From: Saccharolobus solfataricus P2
Lineage (GTDB): Archaea > Thermoproteota > Thermoprotei_A > Sulfolobales > Sulfolobaceae
Strand: one strand, 5' to 3'
NCBI RefSeq assembly: GCF_000007005.1
Contig: NC_002754.1
DNA length: 64,000 bases
Each line of letters begins with the position of its first letter. Within the stretch, counting starts at the first letter, position 1. This document shows, one piece after another, positions 34,563 through 44,164 of the stretch. The notes below the pieces were generated by a model. The model had not been told where the DNA came from and did no database searches. It saw only the letters and a list, made by a program, of their open reading frames with translations. The translations under genes were made by a program, and so were the position numbers.

Positions 34563-34567
34563 CTAAT

Positions 34568-35032
34568 TTACGCTATTGAAGCCAGCACGTTCTGAACCAC
34601 ACTATATGGTTTTCCATTGGGTAAATTACCAGCAATTTCAACAGTGTAGTACTGCCCAGCAGTTATTTTGCCGTTAATTGATGTTATGTTTTGAACTGTT
34701 TGACCAGGCTGTAAGAGATTGTTATTGAGTGGTATTATAATATTCCTAGTACCATTAAGAATTTGAATACTAGATAGATATATCTGTGTGCTGCCGGTAT
34801 TGGAAATATAATATTGGATATATGCTTGACCAGTATTGGGATTGACATAAATACTTACTTGAGTCTGAAGACTCGCATTTTGTGTTAATGAACTAAATAG
34901 ACCATTAGAGTACGCATAAAGTAGACCACCCAGCACTAGGGTTATTGCTAATACTATTACTGTACCTAAAATCGATGAAAGCCCTTTTCTCTTTTTTAAT
35001 TTATACCCTCCTTTCATCATTAGTTGTAGCAA
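34568..35032 (-). CDS. upsA: Type IV pilin UpsA (likely start ATG 35020 or 35017)
   Basis: Class III signal peptide KKRKG|LSSILGTVIVLAI. Confidence 0.85.
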   Translation of the reverse strand: MLQLMMKGGYKLKKRKGLSSILGTVIVLAITLVLGGLLYAYSNGLFSSLTQNASLQTQVSIYVNPNTGQAYIQYYISNTGSTQIYLSSIQILNGTRNIIIPLNNNLLQPGQTVQNITSINGKITAGQYYTVEIAGNLPNGKPYSVVQNVLASIA

Positions 35033-35056
35033 TATTTATCTTACTCAGGGAATGTC

Positions 35057-35062
35057 GAAAAT
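35057..35062 (-). promoter_or_regulatory. Candidate UV-responsive ANTTTC element upstream of upsA
   Basis: ATTTTC about 40 nt upstream of the ATG pair, followed by a TATA-like GATAAATA; hexamers also occur by chance. Confidence 0.35.
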
Positions 35063-35074
35063 AATCTTACTTTG

Positions 35075-36595
35075 CTAGATAAAGGTTAAGATAACGTTTC
35101 CGAATAGTAATACTATTATTAGGTTCATTAGAGCTAAAACAAGTAATGGAAAATTAAAAACGGTAAATCGGGATACCTTAGCATAAATTATACTAAGTGC
35201 CATTGTATACAACACGATAATTAGATCTAAGTTGCCAACTGCCCTAATCTTACTCATTATCCCTAGTGCAAAATAGAATACAATAGGTGTTATAGTAGCT
35301 AGAATGCTGAATAGACGAAGATTTTGTAATACTTTTTTTCGCAAAGAAGTATAATTATAGAGAATTAAGGATAAATCTTTGAAAGTATAGGTGTCTGCAA
35401 AACCTTTTTTGTCAATATTTTCTATGAGTTCTAAGATAGCATTCACAATCCAGATATTAGTTCTTACATTAGATATCGCTTCGTTTTTCCTGATCTTTGC
35501 AGCGAGTTCTCCTAAGAACATCCTAAAGTGCGTATTATCTACGTTAAGTTTCAATATTGCACTTTTTATACTATAACCTATTTTTAAATAATCTGCAATA
35601 TCTGATAATATATATGGTAAATTATTCAAGATTGCGTCAGCAACTGATATTTTACGATAGATAAAGAAGGAGAACATTATAAATATCGAATAAAATACTA
35701 AGATTTCATACTCTAGGCTAAGGTGAAAGAGGAACACGAGTATAAAGGGAATAGGTAATATGTAGAGCGAGTTTTTAACCTCTTTTATATCGATTTTTAT
35801 ATCATATCCTATATTAGGCTGTATAAGTGAAATATAAAAGAAAATGATAGGGAATAGCAAAAGAGGAAATATAAGTTCGAAAATATTTATGGATGAGGAA
35901 ATATACTGAAATGCTAATAAAATCATCGGAGTAATAAGAAATAGCATGAACAAAATCTCAACTAATTCATTTACTTTTTCAACATAACCTTGAAAATTTG
36001 AATTCAAGCCATCAATAGTTTCATTTAAAAGGTCTTTCAATCTCTCGGGCATTGAAATACCTATTGACTCACCACTTGTGTATACCGTATAAATCTTACC
36101 TAAGAAGTCTCCTCTATGAGCCTTGGCTCTGCTTTCCATTGCCGAAAAAGATGATTTTCCTAAAACTTCGACCTCTTTAACAAGCAACATGGCCTCTCTT
36201 CTCAAACCTTTAAAAACCTTAGAATTCCTTATTTCTTCAAACGTTTTATATAGATTTCTTCCTAAAAGGCTATTAACATAAGCGAATAGTAAGAAAACGG
36301 GCATCTCGTTTTCTATAAGCTTTCTTTGTTCATCCTTTCTAATTTGAGTAATAAGTATAGGAAAGAAATAAATAAAAACATTCATTATATTTAACAGTAA
36401 AAAATATGGACTAATTTTCAAATATAAGATAATAGAGATACTAGATATTAGCGGCATTAAAAACAACATCACAATATATTCTTTACGGAGTCTTTCCATA
36501 TCATCACCATAATATTTGATATTTTCATTTATTCTTGTATTCATTAATTCAAATAAATTCATTTTTTTAAATAGCTTTAGTTTCAACTTTATCAC
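35075..36595 (-). CDS. upsF: TadC-like pilus platform membrane protein UpsF
   Basis: Two T2SSF-like repeats with multiple TM helices; follows the ATPase gene. Confidence 0.85.
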   Translation of the reverse strand: MIKLKLKLFKKMNLFELMNTRINENIKYYGDDMERLRKEYIVMLFLMPLISSISIILYLKISPYFLLLNIMNVFIYFFPILITQIRKDEQRKLIENEMPVFLLFAYVNSLLGRNLYKTFEEIRNSKVFKGLRREAMLLVKEVEVLGKSSFSAMESRAKAHRGDFLGKIYTVYTSGESIGISMPERLKDLLNETIDGLNSNFQGYVEKVNELVEILFMLFLITPMILLAFQYISSSINIFELIFPLLLFPIIFFYISLIQPNIGYDIKIDIKEVKNSLYILPIPFILVFLFHLSLEYEILVFYSIFIMFSFFIYRKISVADAILNNLPYILSDIADYLKIGYSIKSAILKLNVDNTHFRMFLGELAAKIRKNEAISNVRTNIWIVNAILELIENIDKKGFADTYTFKDLSLILYNYTSLRKKVLQNLRLFSILATITPIVFYFALGIMSKIRAVGNLDLIIVLYTMALSIIYAKVSRFTVFNFPLLVLALMNLIIVLLFGNVILTFI

Positions 36596-38018
36596 CTTGA
36601 CTTATTTTCTTTAAATAAACACTGAACTCTTCTAGATCTAAAATATTATTACTCACAAAATTATTAAGAGTTTTAACTCTATTACTAATCTCCTTGGTTA
36701 TTTCTGAAATTGGTATTTCATATGTCTTTGATATATAACTGATCCTATAGGACCTTTTAATTAAATCATCAATATTGTTAGGCATGAATGTGTTAGAGGA
36801 AAAAGACCATCTTAATACTGGCCTAAATCTTAGTTTACCTCTAGTATAGACTATTTCATAAATCGACCTTATTATACGCCTTATATTTCCATTACGATCC
36901 CTTAGCGTTCCTAAAACTATAATACCCCACAGATTTTGTAAAAATAATTTAGCAACATCCTTATTTAGAAGGCTAAGCAATCTAGTCAATGCTTCATGTG
37001 GATTTCCTGCATGAAATGTAGCCAACGAGCCATGCCCAGAAGCAGATGCATGAACTAGTGCCTCTATTTCCTTACCCCGAATCTCCCCTATAACTAGATA
37101 ATCCGGTCTATATCTTAATGATAGTTTAGCTAAATCCATTAACGATACTTCAAATTGAGAGGAAATTGATTGTCTGGCAAAAAACCTTATCCAGTTATCA
37201 TGAATTATGTTTATTTCTGGAGTATCCTCTATGGTAATTACCTTAAAGAAAGGATTAATCATACTTAGAATTGAATTAAGTAAAGTAGTCTTTCCAGATC
37301 CTGTAGAACCTATGATCAAAAAGAACGGCTTATAATCTAATAAAAACCAAATATAGGCTAACATTAGCGAACTTATCGATTCGTTTTTAATCAGTGATAT
37401 AGGACTTATTGGCTTTAGTGGGAATTTCCTTATATCAAATGTGGAACCAGGTAATGAAACCTCACGAGATACTGTAGCTGCAACTCTATGACCCTCAGGC
37501 AGGGAAAATTCAAGGTATGGTTTAGCAATACTAACCGGTTTATCTGCCTTATTAGCGAGTTTTTCAATAACCTTTAGTACGTGATCTTCTTGCTCCAAGA
37601 TTATATTAGTATATAATCTCGGGAATCTTGTAACAATCCTATGAACTACAGTGACAGGGTATGAGAATCCTTTACATTCTATTTCTTCAACATAAGGGTC
37701 AGCTAAGGGTACAGTTAACTCGTCATAACCTATTCTTTTTCTCAAATAATAAATTATTTTTTCGATAATCCCTTGATCACTAATACCCTTATTTTTCAGT
37801 ATCTTAACTACTGTCTCTTCTATATTAGGTACACTAGGAGTAGAGTAGATATATTCTAATATAGAATTGAGTATCTCAATTTCATTCTGATCTAGGTTAG
37901 GTTCATTTACTTTATAATAACCTATCCCATTTTCCTCATATATGATGACTTTAGCATTTAGAACAGAATACTCTTGGAGAATATTCATGATACCATTGTT
38001 CAGAAAAAATATACTCAC
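36567..38018 (-). CDS. upsE: Pilus assembly ATPase UpsE (VirB11/GspE family)
   Basis: GSTGSGKTT, IEDTPE, LRYRPDYLVIGEIRG, GHGSLATFHA. Confidence 0.92.
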   Translation of the reverse strand: MSIFFLNNGIMNILQEYSVLNAKVIIYEENGIGYYKVNEPNLDQNEIEILNSILEYIYSTPSVPNIEETVVKILKNKGISDQGIIEKIIYYLRKRIGYDELTVPLADPYVEEIECKGFSYPVTVVHRIVTRFPRLYTNIILEQEDHVLKVIEKLANKADKPVSIAKPYLEFSLPEGHRVAATVSREVSLPGSTFDIRKFPLKPISPISLIKNESISSLMLAYIWFLLDYKPFFLIIGSTGSGKTTLLNSILSMINPFFKVITIEDTPEINIIHDNWIRFFARQSISSQFEVSLMDLAKLSLRYRPDYLVIGEIRGKEIEALVHASASGHGSLATFHAGNPHEALTRLLSLLNKDVAKLFLQNLWGIIVLGTLRDRNGNIRRIIRSIYEIVYTRGKLRFRPVLRWSFSSNTFMPNNIDDLIKRSYRISYISKTYEIPISEITKEISNRVKTLNNFVSNNILDLEEFSVYLKKISQGDKVETKAI

Positions 38019-40102
38019 ACAATACCGAAATTACTTAAAACTTCTTTTATAGCCTTTGCTTCACTTAAAGCCATCAAGATTGATAACTTAATAGTATCAA
38101 CAAATTCGTATTGAGACTCATATGTGAAACCATGCGTATAGGCCCTAATTTTTATTGAATTGTATATAGGTTCTATCGGAAAAGTAATCTGAGTCTCTTC
38201 TTTAGATATACCCCTAAATGAGTGAGGCCCATAAAATATTTCAAAAGGAATATTAGTTTCCATATCTAATTTTACTGTTATCTGATTCTCTTTCAACTCA
38301 GCATTAACTGACTTGATGGGGTTTTTAATACCGATCACTAAGTACTCTCTAGCATAATTAGCATTATCTTTAACAATCCTAACCAAATTATATCCTTCTC
38401 TTACAACAATCTTTTCACCGTCAACTTCTATTTTTTCACCTTCTTTTCCAAACAGTATTCCTTTGTATTCTAAAGGATATTCGAATAACTGTTTCCACTC
38501 AAAAATCCCATTTTTTATTACGACAATTTCTTTCTTAACGCTATTATTTATAATAGTAATCTTATTTTGATTTAAAGTAGTCTCTTTTCTTACTATTTTT
38601 ATTGGTGCTAAAAATTCTAATGACGCAATTAGTCGATCATCAACATGAGCGTAAACATTCACTGGAACATCTAAAAGCTTTAAATTGTTAATACTTAATG
38701 GTATTTTCAGTAATTTCTTACCACTATTTTCTCTAGCAAGAAACTTGAATGTCTGATTTAAAGCTTCGATGGTAAAGGTTATTTGAGATCTGGTCGGAAT
38801 AGAATATTTAATATTAAAAATTAATAATGCATTCTTATCTGGACTTGTAATTAAATTTCCCCCTTCATCTGCTGCAAGTATCTTTGCACTCGAGAATTCG
38901 ATTTTTGGAAGTTGAGAGGTATAAGGAATAGCATCTAGAAAAGAGAAGAATATATTTCCAGCAGAAATTTCGAGAGAATTTTTACGATATTCGAAAGGCT
39001 CTATTATCACGATTTTCTTTTTATCTTCAACTACCTTAATATCTATCATCTTACCATTTTTTATACTAAAATTATGGAAATAATTTTCATCGACTTGTAA
39101 TATAATTGGGCTTTGAACACTATTATTTACATTTATAATTTTAATCGGCCTGTAGTTCTCCTCCAACTTAGCTAAACCAACAGTTCCGTCATTAGAAAAT
39201 AGATAAATCCTTTTAGAGTCGAAATTGAAAGAATTCACATCGTCAAATGTAGACAACTTACTAAAATTACTGTCAAAAATGTAAAGCTTGCCTTTTTTTA
39301 GAACTCCAAAAAAGTTTCTATTGGAGTTAACAAATAACTCTGAATCTATATTTCTCTCGATCTCCCTCCAACCAGTATTATAGTACTGCTTTAAGCTTTC
39401 GCCACATAAAATTAGTAATCCTCCAGAAAACTCTCCAATTAGATATGATTCGTCAACACATATTCCAATATTTCCCTTCTTAGAAGAGACTATTAACCCA
39501 TCACTTGACCTATATATAATACCATAAGACTGAATAAAACCTAGATAATCGCCTTTAAAATTAAAATATGATATATTACCCTCTCTGTCGATAACCTTAG
39601 TACCACTATCATATATTACAGAAATAAAAGACCTTGAAAGATAAATCCTCTCTCCACGATCTATATTTAATTGTTTGTTTCCCAATATTATGATTAGGTT
39701 GCGCTTTCCCACCAAGATTTTTCTATCTAGATAAGATAAGTATTTCTCATACTCCTCTCCGTTTAAGTTATATTTTCTTCCCTTAAGATATATTGGGTAA
39801 ATTTCACTATCATTATACATAATATAGTCTACTACATACTCATCTTCATCCTTTCTGATTATCGTTTCCTTACCATCCTCAATCATAACAACAATATTAC
39901 CTTTTCTGAAAATCCATTTGTCATCGCTTATCTTAATCCCAAACTCGCTAATATTAACAGAGGGCTGGCGCAAAACATTACATTTCAATTGGACAGAATT
40001 CTCGTTCTTTGATTCAAGCCAGCAGTTGAGGTTAGGAATAAAATTTAAACCTAATTTCTGATATAGTATAAAATCTGGAATTGTCATACATTCTTTAATC
40101 AT
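38015..40102 (-). CDS. upsX: UpsX, large protein of unknown function heading the ups operon
   Basis: Position directly upstream of upsE; about 695 aa, beta-rich. Confidence 0.75.
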   Translation of the reverse strand: MIKECMTIPDFILYQKLGLNFIPNLNCWLESKNENSVQLKCNVLRQPSVNISEFGIKISDDKWIFRKGNIVVMIEDGKETIIRKDEDEYVVDYIMYNDSEIYPIYLKGRKYNLNGEEYEKYLSYLDRKILVGKRNLIIILGNKQLNIDRGERIYLSRSFISVIYDSGTKVIDREGNISYFNFKGDYLGFIQSYGIIYRSSDGLIVSSKKGNIGICVDESYLIGEFSGGLLILCGESLKQYYNTGWREIERNIDSELFVNSNRNFFGVLKKGKLYIFDSNFSKLSTFDDVNSFNFDSKRIYLFSNDGTVGLAKLEENYRPIKIINVNNSVQSPIILQVDENYFHNFSIKNGKMIDIKVVEDKKKIVIIEPFEYRKNSLEISAGNIFFSFLDAIPYTSQLPKIEFSSAKILAADEGGNLITSPDKNALLIFNIKYSIPTRSQITFTIEALNQTFKFLARENSGKKLLKIPLSINNLKLLDVPVNVYAHVDDRLIASLEFLAPIKIVRKETTLNQNKITIINNSVKKEIVVIKNGIFEWKQLFEYPLEYKGILFGKEGEKIEVDGEKIVVREGYNLVRIVKDNANYAREYLVIGIKNPIKSVNAELKENQITVKLDMETNIPFEIFYGPHSFRGISKEETQITFPIEPIYNSIKIRAYTHGFTYESQYEFVDTIKLSILMALSEAKAIKEVLSNFGIV
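38027..38032 (-). promoter_or_regulatory. Candidate UV-responsive ANTTTC element upstream of upsE
   Basis: AATTTC 39-44 nt upstream of internal ATG 37988, with GTATATTT between them. Confidence 0.35.
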
Positions 40103-40131
40103 TTTATAAAAAGACGGAGTGTAATGTGAAT

Positions 40132-41238
40132 TTATAATTTAGTTAAATTCAAGGTTGATATAAAGAATCCCTCAGTGGAATCAATATGAGGGAAGGTTCT
40201 GTTAGATCTCTTCCCTGACTTGAATAAGGAATAGCCAGATTGATAATTAGAAAATGGTTTTTCAGCTATTTCATAATAATCTTCTATTACTTTTTCACCC
40301 TCCTCTGGAAACAATGAACATACCGCATACACAAGTTTGTTGGACTTAATCTTTAAAGCCTCATTTAGTAGGGATTTTTGTAATTTAGTGAATTTCTCTA
40401 TTTTCTCGCCATTACGTAATTTCAATAAAATTGAAGGATCGTTATTTATCATTCCAGAGGAAGAACACGGCGCGTCTAATAGTATCTTGTCTGATTTTAT
40501 GATGCTATTTTTTGTTGAATCTTGATATATTATGTGAACCTTACGCAAATCTACTCCACATCGTTTTAGCAAATTATACTCTTTCGATAACCTCTTTAAG
40601 TCAACATCGGCTAGGAAAGTTTCAGCCCTATTTTCTGTTAGCATCATATATAGAGAAGCTTTAATTCCAGGTGCTGAAGAGAGATCAACTAATTTTTCAC
40701 TAATCTCCGGCTTAAGTGCTTCTACCACTATAGAACTAGCTTTATCATGAAGTATCAATTTAAAGTCTTTTACTATACTTAAAGAAGATAGTCTTACTGA
40801 AGATCTATTTATCTTGATCATATAATAAAAATCCTTATCGGGCTCAAACTCTATATTTTGACTCTCTAACATTCTATAAACTTTATCAATATCAGTCTTA
40901 AGCAAGTTTATACGTGCCCATATCCATCTTTCAGTTAATTTTCTTTTAAGAGCGTTAACATCTAATAATGTAAACAATTTATCCTCCATCCATTTAGGAA
41001 ATTTAATTTCAATATTTTCCCTATTTTTAAGCCAATATCTTACCTTTGCCGACCTTTTGCTTTGAGGTAGTGCATAATACGATAATATTAGTCTTTTACT
41101 ATATTCATATAAAAGGTTAGAATCTATCTTCCTTGGCTTATTATGCAGATATGCTCGTTTAAATGCTATCGCTAAAGGATAATTCTTCTGTTCTACGTAA
41201 TATAACACAGTAGACAAAAACTTTACTATGTCCTTCAA
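40132..41238 (-). CDS. RsmB/NOP2-family RNA m5C methyltransferase
   Basis: DLSSAPGIK, LDAPCSSSG, YAVCSL, PH..STEGFFI. Confidence 0.88.
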   Translation of the reverse strand: MKDIVKFLSTVLYYVEQKNYPLAIAFKRAYLHNKPRKIDSNLLYEYSKRLILSYYALPQSKRSAKVRYWLKNRENIEIKFPKWMEDKLFTLLDVNALKRKLTERWIWARINLLKTDIDKVYRMLESQNIEFEPDKDFYYMIKINRSSVRLSSLSIVKDFKLILHDKASSIVVEALKPEISEKLVDLSSAPGIKASLYMMLTENRAETFLADVDLKRLSKEYNLLKRCGVDLRKVHIIYQDSTKNSIIKSDKILLDAPCSSSGMINNDPSILLKLRNGEKIEKFTKLQKSLLNEALKIKSNKLVYAVCSLFPEEGEKVIEDYYEIAEKPFSNYQSGYSLFKSGKRSNRTFPHIDSTEGFFISTLNLTKL

Positions 41239-41350
41239 CTTAAGTGTATTACAATCTTTAACTTCTAATATTCTTATCGTTGACTAGGCATAAGGTAATA
41301 TTAGGACTCACATAAGATTACTCTATATTAGATTTAACCGATAATTAAAT

Positions 41351-41521
41351 ATGAAAGACACATTACTCATATATGTAACACTAGTCTTATTGTTGATATC
41401 AGTTGCTTCAATAAAGATTAGTAATGAAGTATTACAATATGCATTAACTGTTAACTCAATTTTCATTGCAGCTGCAATGTTCGTATTAATTAGAAAAACT
41501 AGAAACTTTCATAGAATTTGA
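41351..41521 (+). CDS. Small two-TM membrane protein, 56 aa (below the ORF track cutoff)
   Basis: My translation: MKDTLLIYVTLVLLLISVASIKISNEVLQYALTVNSIFIAAAMFVLIRKTRNFHRI; two hydrophobic helices and a basic tail. Confidence 0.55.
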   Translation: MKDTLLIYVTLVLLLISVASIKISNEVLQYALTVNSIFIAAAMFVLIRKTRNFHRI

Positions 41522-42171
41522 GGTGAGATTGAACTCCTACATAAACCTCTTTTTAAACAGAGTTGGAAAAAACATTCTATCGCTTGTCTTCCTTTAAGAC
41601 CTAACTCTTTACTATAGTGTGAGATTCTTCCCCTTGACTCTTGTAGAGACGCTGCCTCTCTAATAACTACCTTGACTTTAGATAGGGTTTGCTCATCTAG
41701 ACGTAAAGAACCAATTAGGCTTATAACTAAAGGAAGATCGCCACAATTTTTTCTCCAAAGTTCGTCCAAAGAAATGTCATAATCCTCATAACTTATTAAT
41801 ACATCAGCATCATTACATACTTCACTTCTAACTATCTCTAATGGATTTTTATAATTTGTAAGTGTTTTAAATAAATAATACTCCGTTGAGTTGGAACTAT
41901 TGATACACAATTTAGAAAATCTACTATTTATAATCTTTAATCCAATTTTATTAGCTACAAATGCACCATTACTTATAAATCTTATATTTTCATAAAAAAG
42001 TGTTAAAGGTAAAGGTATAAAAGCCAAATCTAATTCTTTAAGTTTAAATTTCAATTCATCTTCCTTAACACGTATCAGATTAAACTCAATATTTCTATTA
42101 GTTTCATTATTCAATAAGGGGGCTATAATTTCTAACTCCTTCTCTTTCACATATCCTAGACTTAACCTCAC
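41509..42171 (-). CDS. Hypothetical protein, weakly MqnA/MqnD-like (periplasmic-binding fold)
   Basis: S..ST.Y.L.K.L motif, DLPLV, YSKELG..GRQAI; weak resemblance only. Confidence 0.45.
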   Translation of the reverse strand: MRLSLGYVKEKELEIIAPLLNNETNRNIEFNLIRVKEDELKFKLKELDLAFIPLPLTLFYENIRFISNGAFVANKIGLKIINSRFSKLCINSSNSTEYYLFKTLTNYKNPLEIVRSEVCNDADVLISYEDYDISLDELWRKNCGDLPLVISLIGSLRLDEQTLSKVKVVIREAASLQESRGRISHYSKELGLKGRQAIECFFQLCLKRGLCRSSISPQIL

Positions 42172-42245
42172 ATATTAGAATTTCTTATGAACCTTTATTT
42201 TAACTTATCTTTTAAAAGGGAACAATAAGATTATACTAAGCTAGA

Positions 42246-43148
42246 ATGGAAGCCAAAAAAATCCTGATCGTAGGTGCCGGATACGCAGGACTTAACGCCT
42301 ACTATGAACTAGGTAAACATCTAGATAAAACACTGATAGCCGATAAAGCTCAATTTATATTTTACACTGCGTATCTCCAAAAACTCATCTTCAATAAAAG
42401 TATTCAATATGCGACCAATATAAAACCAACAATTATAAATAAGGTAAAGGAAATTGATTTAGAAAGAAAAATAGTGAAAATCGAAAATGGCACAGAAATT
42501 CAAGGGCACAAATTAATCCTAGCTTTAGGCTGTAAAAGGGAATCACAATTAGATATCATAAGAAAGATAATAGAAAAGGATAGAGTAAGTATAAGTGTAG
42601 AAAACTATCTAGATGAGTATCTGGGTATTCAACTAGCTTTTTATCTGAGAAAGTTAAACAAAGAAGTCTCATACTATGGCCCAGTCTTAAAATGGTTAGG
42701 GGAAAAAGTAAGTAGTAAAGTTCTTGAATTCTTAGAGAAGAATGGAATAAGACTTTCAGAAAAATCTGATGATATTATTCCTGCTTGTGAACCTAATGAA
42801 GTAATTGGAGATTTCCTACCTGTAAATGATAAATTAGAATACAAGAATGGTGTCTTTGTAATCGGAGATATGATAAAGAATTACCCAAAATTAGGGGAAT
42901 TGGCAATGAGAGAAGGTGTATATGTAGGTAGATTATTATCTAAAAAGATTAATGAAAGCTTTAGGCCTATTTTTATCAATATTATTGATACTGGCAAAGG
43001 AGAGGCCATACATATAAGGTCGAATATTTTGTGGAATGGAAATTTTGAAAGTGTTAAAGTATCAAAAATAAGAGTAATAATGAAAAGGTTTATTGAAAGG
43101 TATTATATTATCAGAAAGGGAAAAATGGGTGTGCTTTACAAATTATAG
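42246..43148 (+). CDS. FAD-dependent oxidoreductase, SQR/NDH-2-like, shortened
   Basis: IVGAGYAG, LILALG, VFVIGD..PKLGELA.REG. Confidence 0.75.
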   Translation: MEAKKILIVGAGYAGLNAYYELGKHLDKTLIADKAQFIFYTAYLQKLIFNKSIQYATNIKPTIINKVKEIDLERKIVKIENGTEIQGHKLILALGCKRESQLDIIRKIIEKDRVSISVENYLDEYLGIQLAFYLRKLNKEVSYYGPVLKWLGEKVSSKVLEFLEKNGIRLSEKSDDIIPACEPNEVIGDFLPVNDKLEYKNGVFVIGDMIKNYPKLGELAMREGVYVGRLLSKKINESFRPIFINIIDTGKGEAIHIRSNILWNGNFESVKVSKIRVIMKRFIERYYIIRKGKMGVLYKL

Positions 43149-43218
43149 GATATCCAGGGACCCTGGGGGGAAATATCAAGGGGTTCCTCTCATCTGTCCT
43201 AAGGTCCCTGGATACCTC
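43148..43218 (-). ncRNA. Candidate H/ACA-type guide RNA with apical K-turn
   Basis: Lower stem CCAGGGACC/GGUCCCUGG followed by AUA; AUGA...UUGA K-turn; BRE/TATA GGAAAAAGTTAAAA about 26-33 nt upstream. Confidence 0.6.
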
Positions 43219-43255
43219 TACTTTATTTTTTGTATTAGGGGGTTTTAACTTTTTC

Positions 43256-44164
43256 CTAAAATGGAATACCTAGGATGACATCTATGTCAACCCCTAAGCC
43301 TAACACAATAGACGAGTATATATTATAATAAAATGCTCTACCAAAATCATTTTTCTGTGATGCTAAATAATACGCATATGCCATTATGAGACCATGAAGA
43401 ACCGTTGCAAATATGGCTATTGGACCTAATCCATAGTAAAAGTCACCCAGAAGATCTAGCACTACGGAGAATAATTGGTTAAGTCCGGCAAATGTTAGGG
43501 CCCATCTTCCTAACACCACAGCAAAACTGTGTAAGCCCATCTTTTTGTCGAATTCAGCATCAGGTATATGATTATAGAGATCGAAACCCACAGCCCACAA
43601 AATTGTCCCAATTACAAAAAACCATGGAACTCTCAAGAGGATTTGATCTAAAGAATTATAGTACAAACCCAATACAGCCACTGCACCACTAAATACGGCT
43701 AATCCTTGGATTGATGCCAAATGATAATTAGCAAAAGCAGTATATCTTTTCATATAGGGGTATGACATTATTATTAACGCTACAATAGGAGCTAGAATGA
43801 ACGCCCAGATATTAACAAAATATGAAGTAATAAAGAATAAAATCAAGGAAGCGACGATCATAGTCCTTGCTTCCCTTATTTTAATTGCACCAGTTACTAA
43901 AGGCCTATTTTTAGTTCTAGGATTCTTAGCATCTATCTCTATATCTGCTAAATTATCATTAGTCATTCCAGCAGTTCTTAAAAAGAATAAAGCCAAAAAA
44001 ATCAATATTAACGTTGGAATTGGTGGAATTCCTTTAATCGCAACAAAAGCGCCTAAATAGGCCATAGGCAAACTAAAGAAAGTTTGCTCTATCCTTAAGA
44101 ATCGCAAAATAATGTAAAGTTTATTTCTTGTGTTCTTGTTTAATCCGCCAGGATCCCAGCTCAC
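43256..44164 (-). CDS. ubiA: UbiA-family prenyltransferase (MqnP-like)
   Basis: NDNLADIEIDAKNPRTKNRPLVTG, YPYMKRY, D..FDKKMGLHS; 8-9 TM helices. Confidence 0.88.
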   Translation of the reverse strand: MSWDPGGLNKNTRNKLYIILRFLRIEQTFFSLPMAYLGAFVAIKGIPPIPTLILIFLALFFLRTAGMTNDNLADIEIDAKNPRTKNRPLVTGAIKIREARTMIVASLILFFITSYFVNIWAFILAPIVALIIMSYPYMKRYTAFANYHLASIQGLAVFSGAVAVLGLYYNSLDQILLRVPWFFVIGTILWAVGFDLYNHIPDAEFDKKMGLHSFAVVLGRWALTFAGLNQLFSVVLDLLGDFYYGLGPIAIFATVLHGLIMAYAYYLASQKNDFGRAFYYNIYSSIVLGLGVDIDVILGIPF

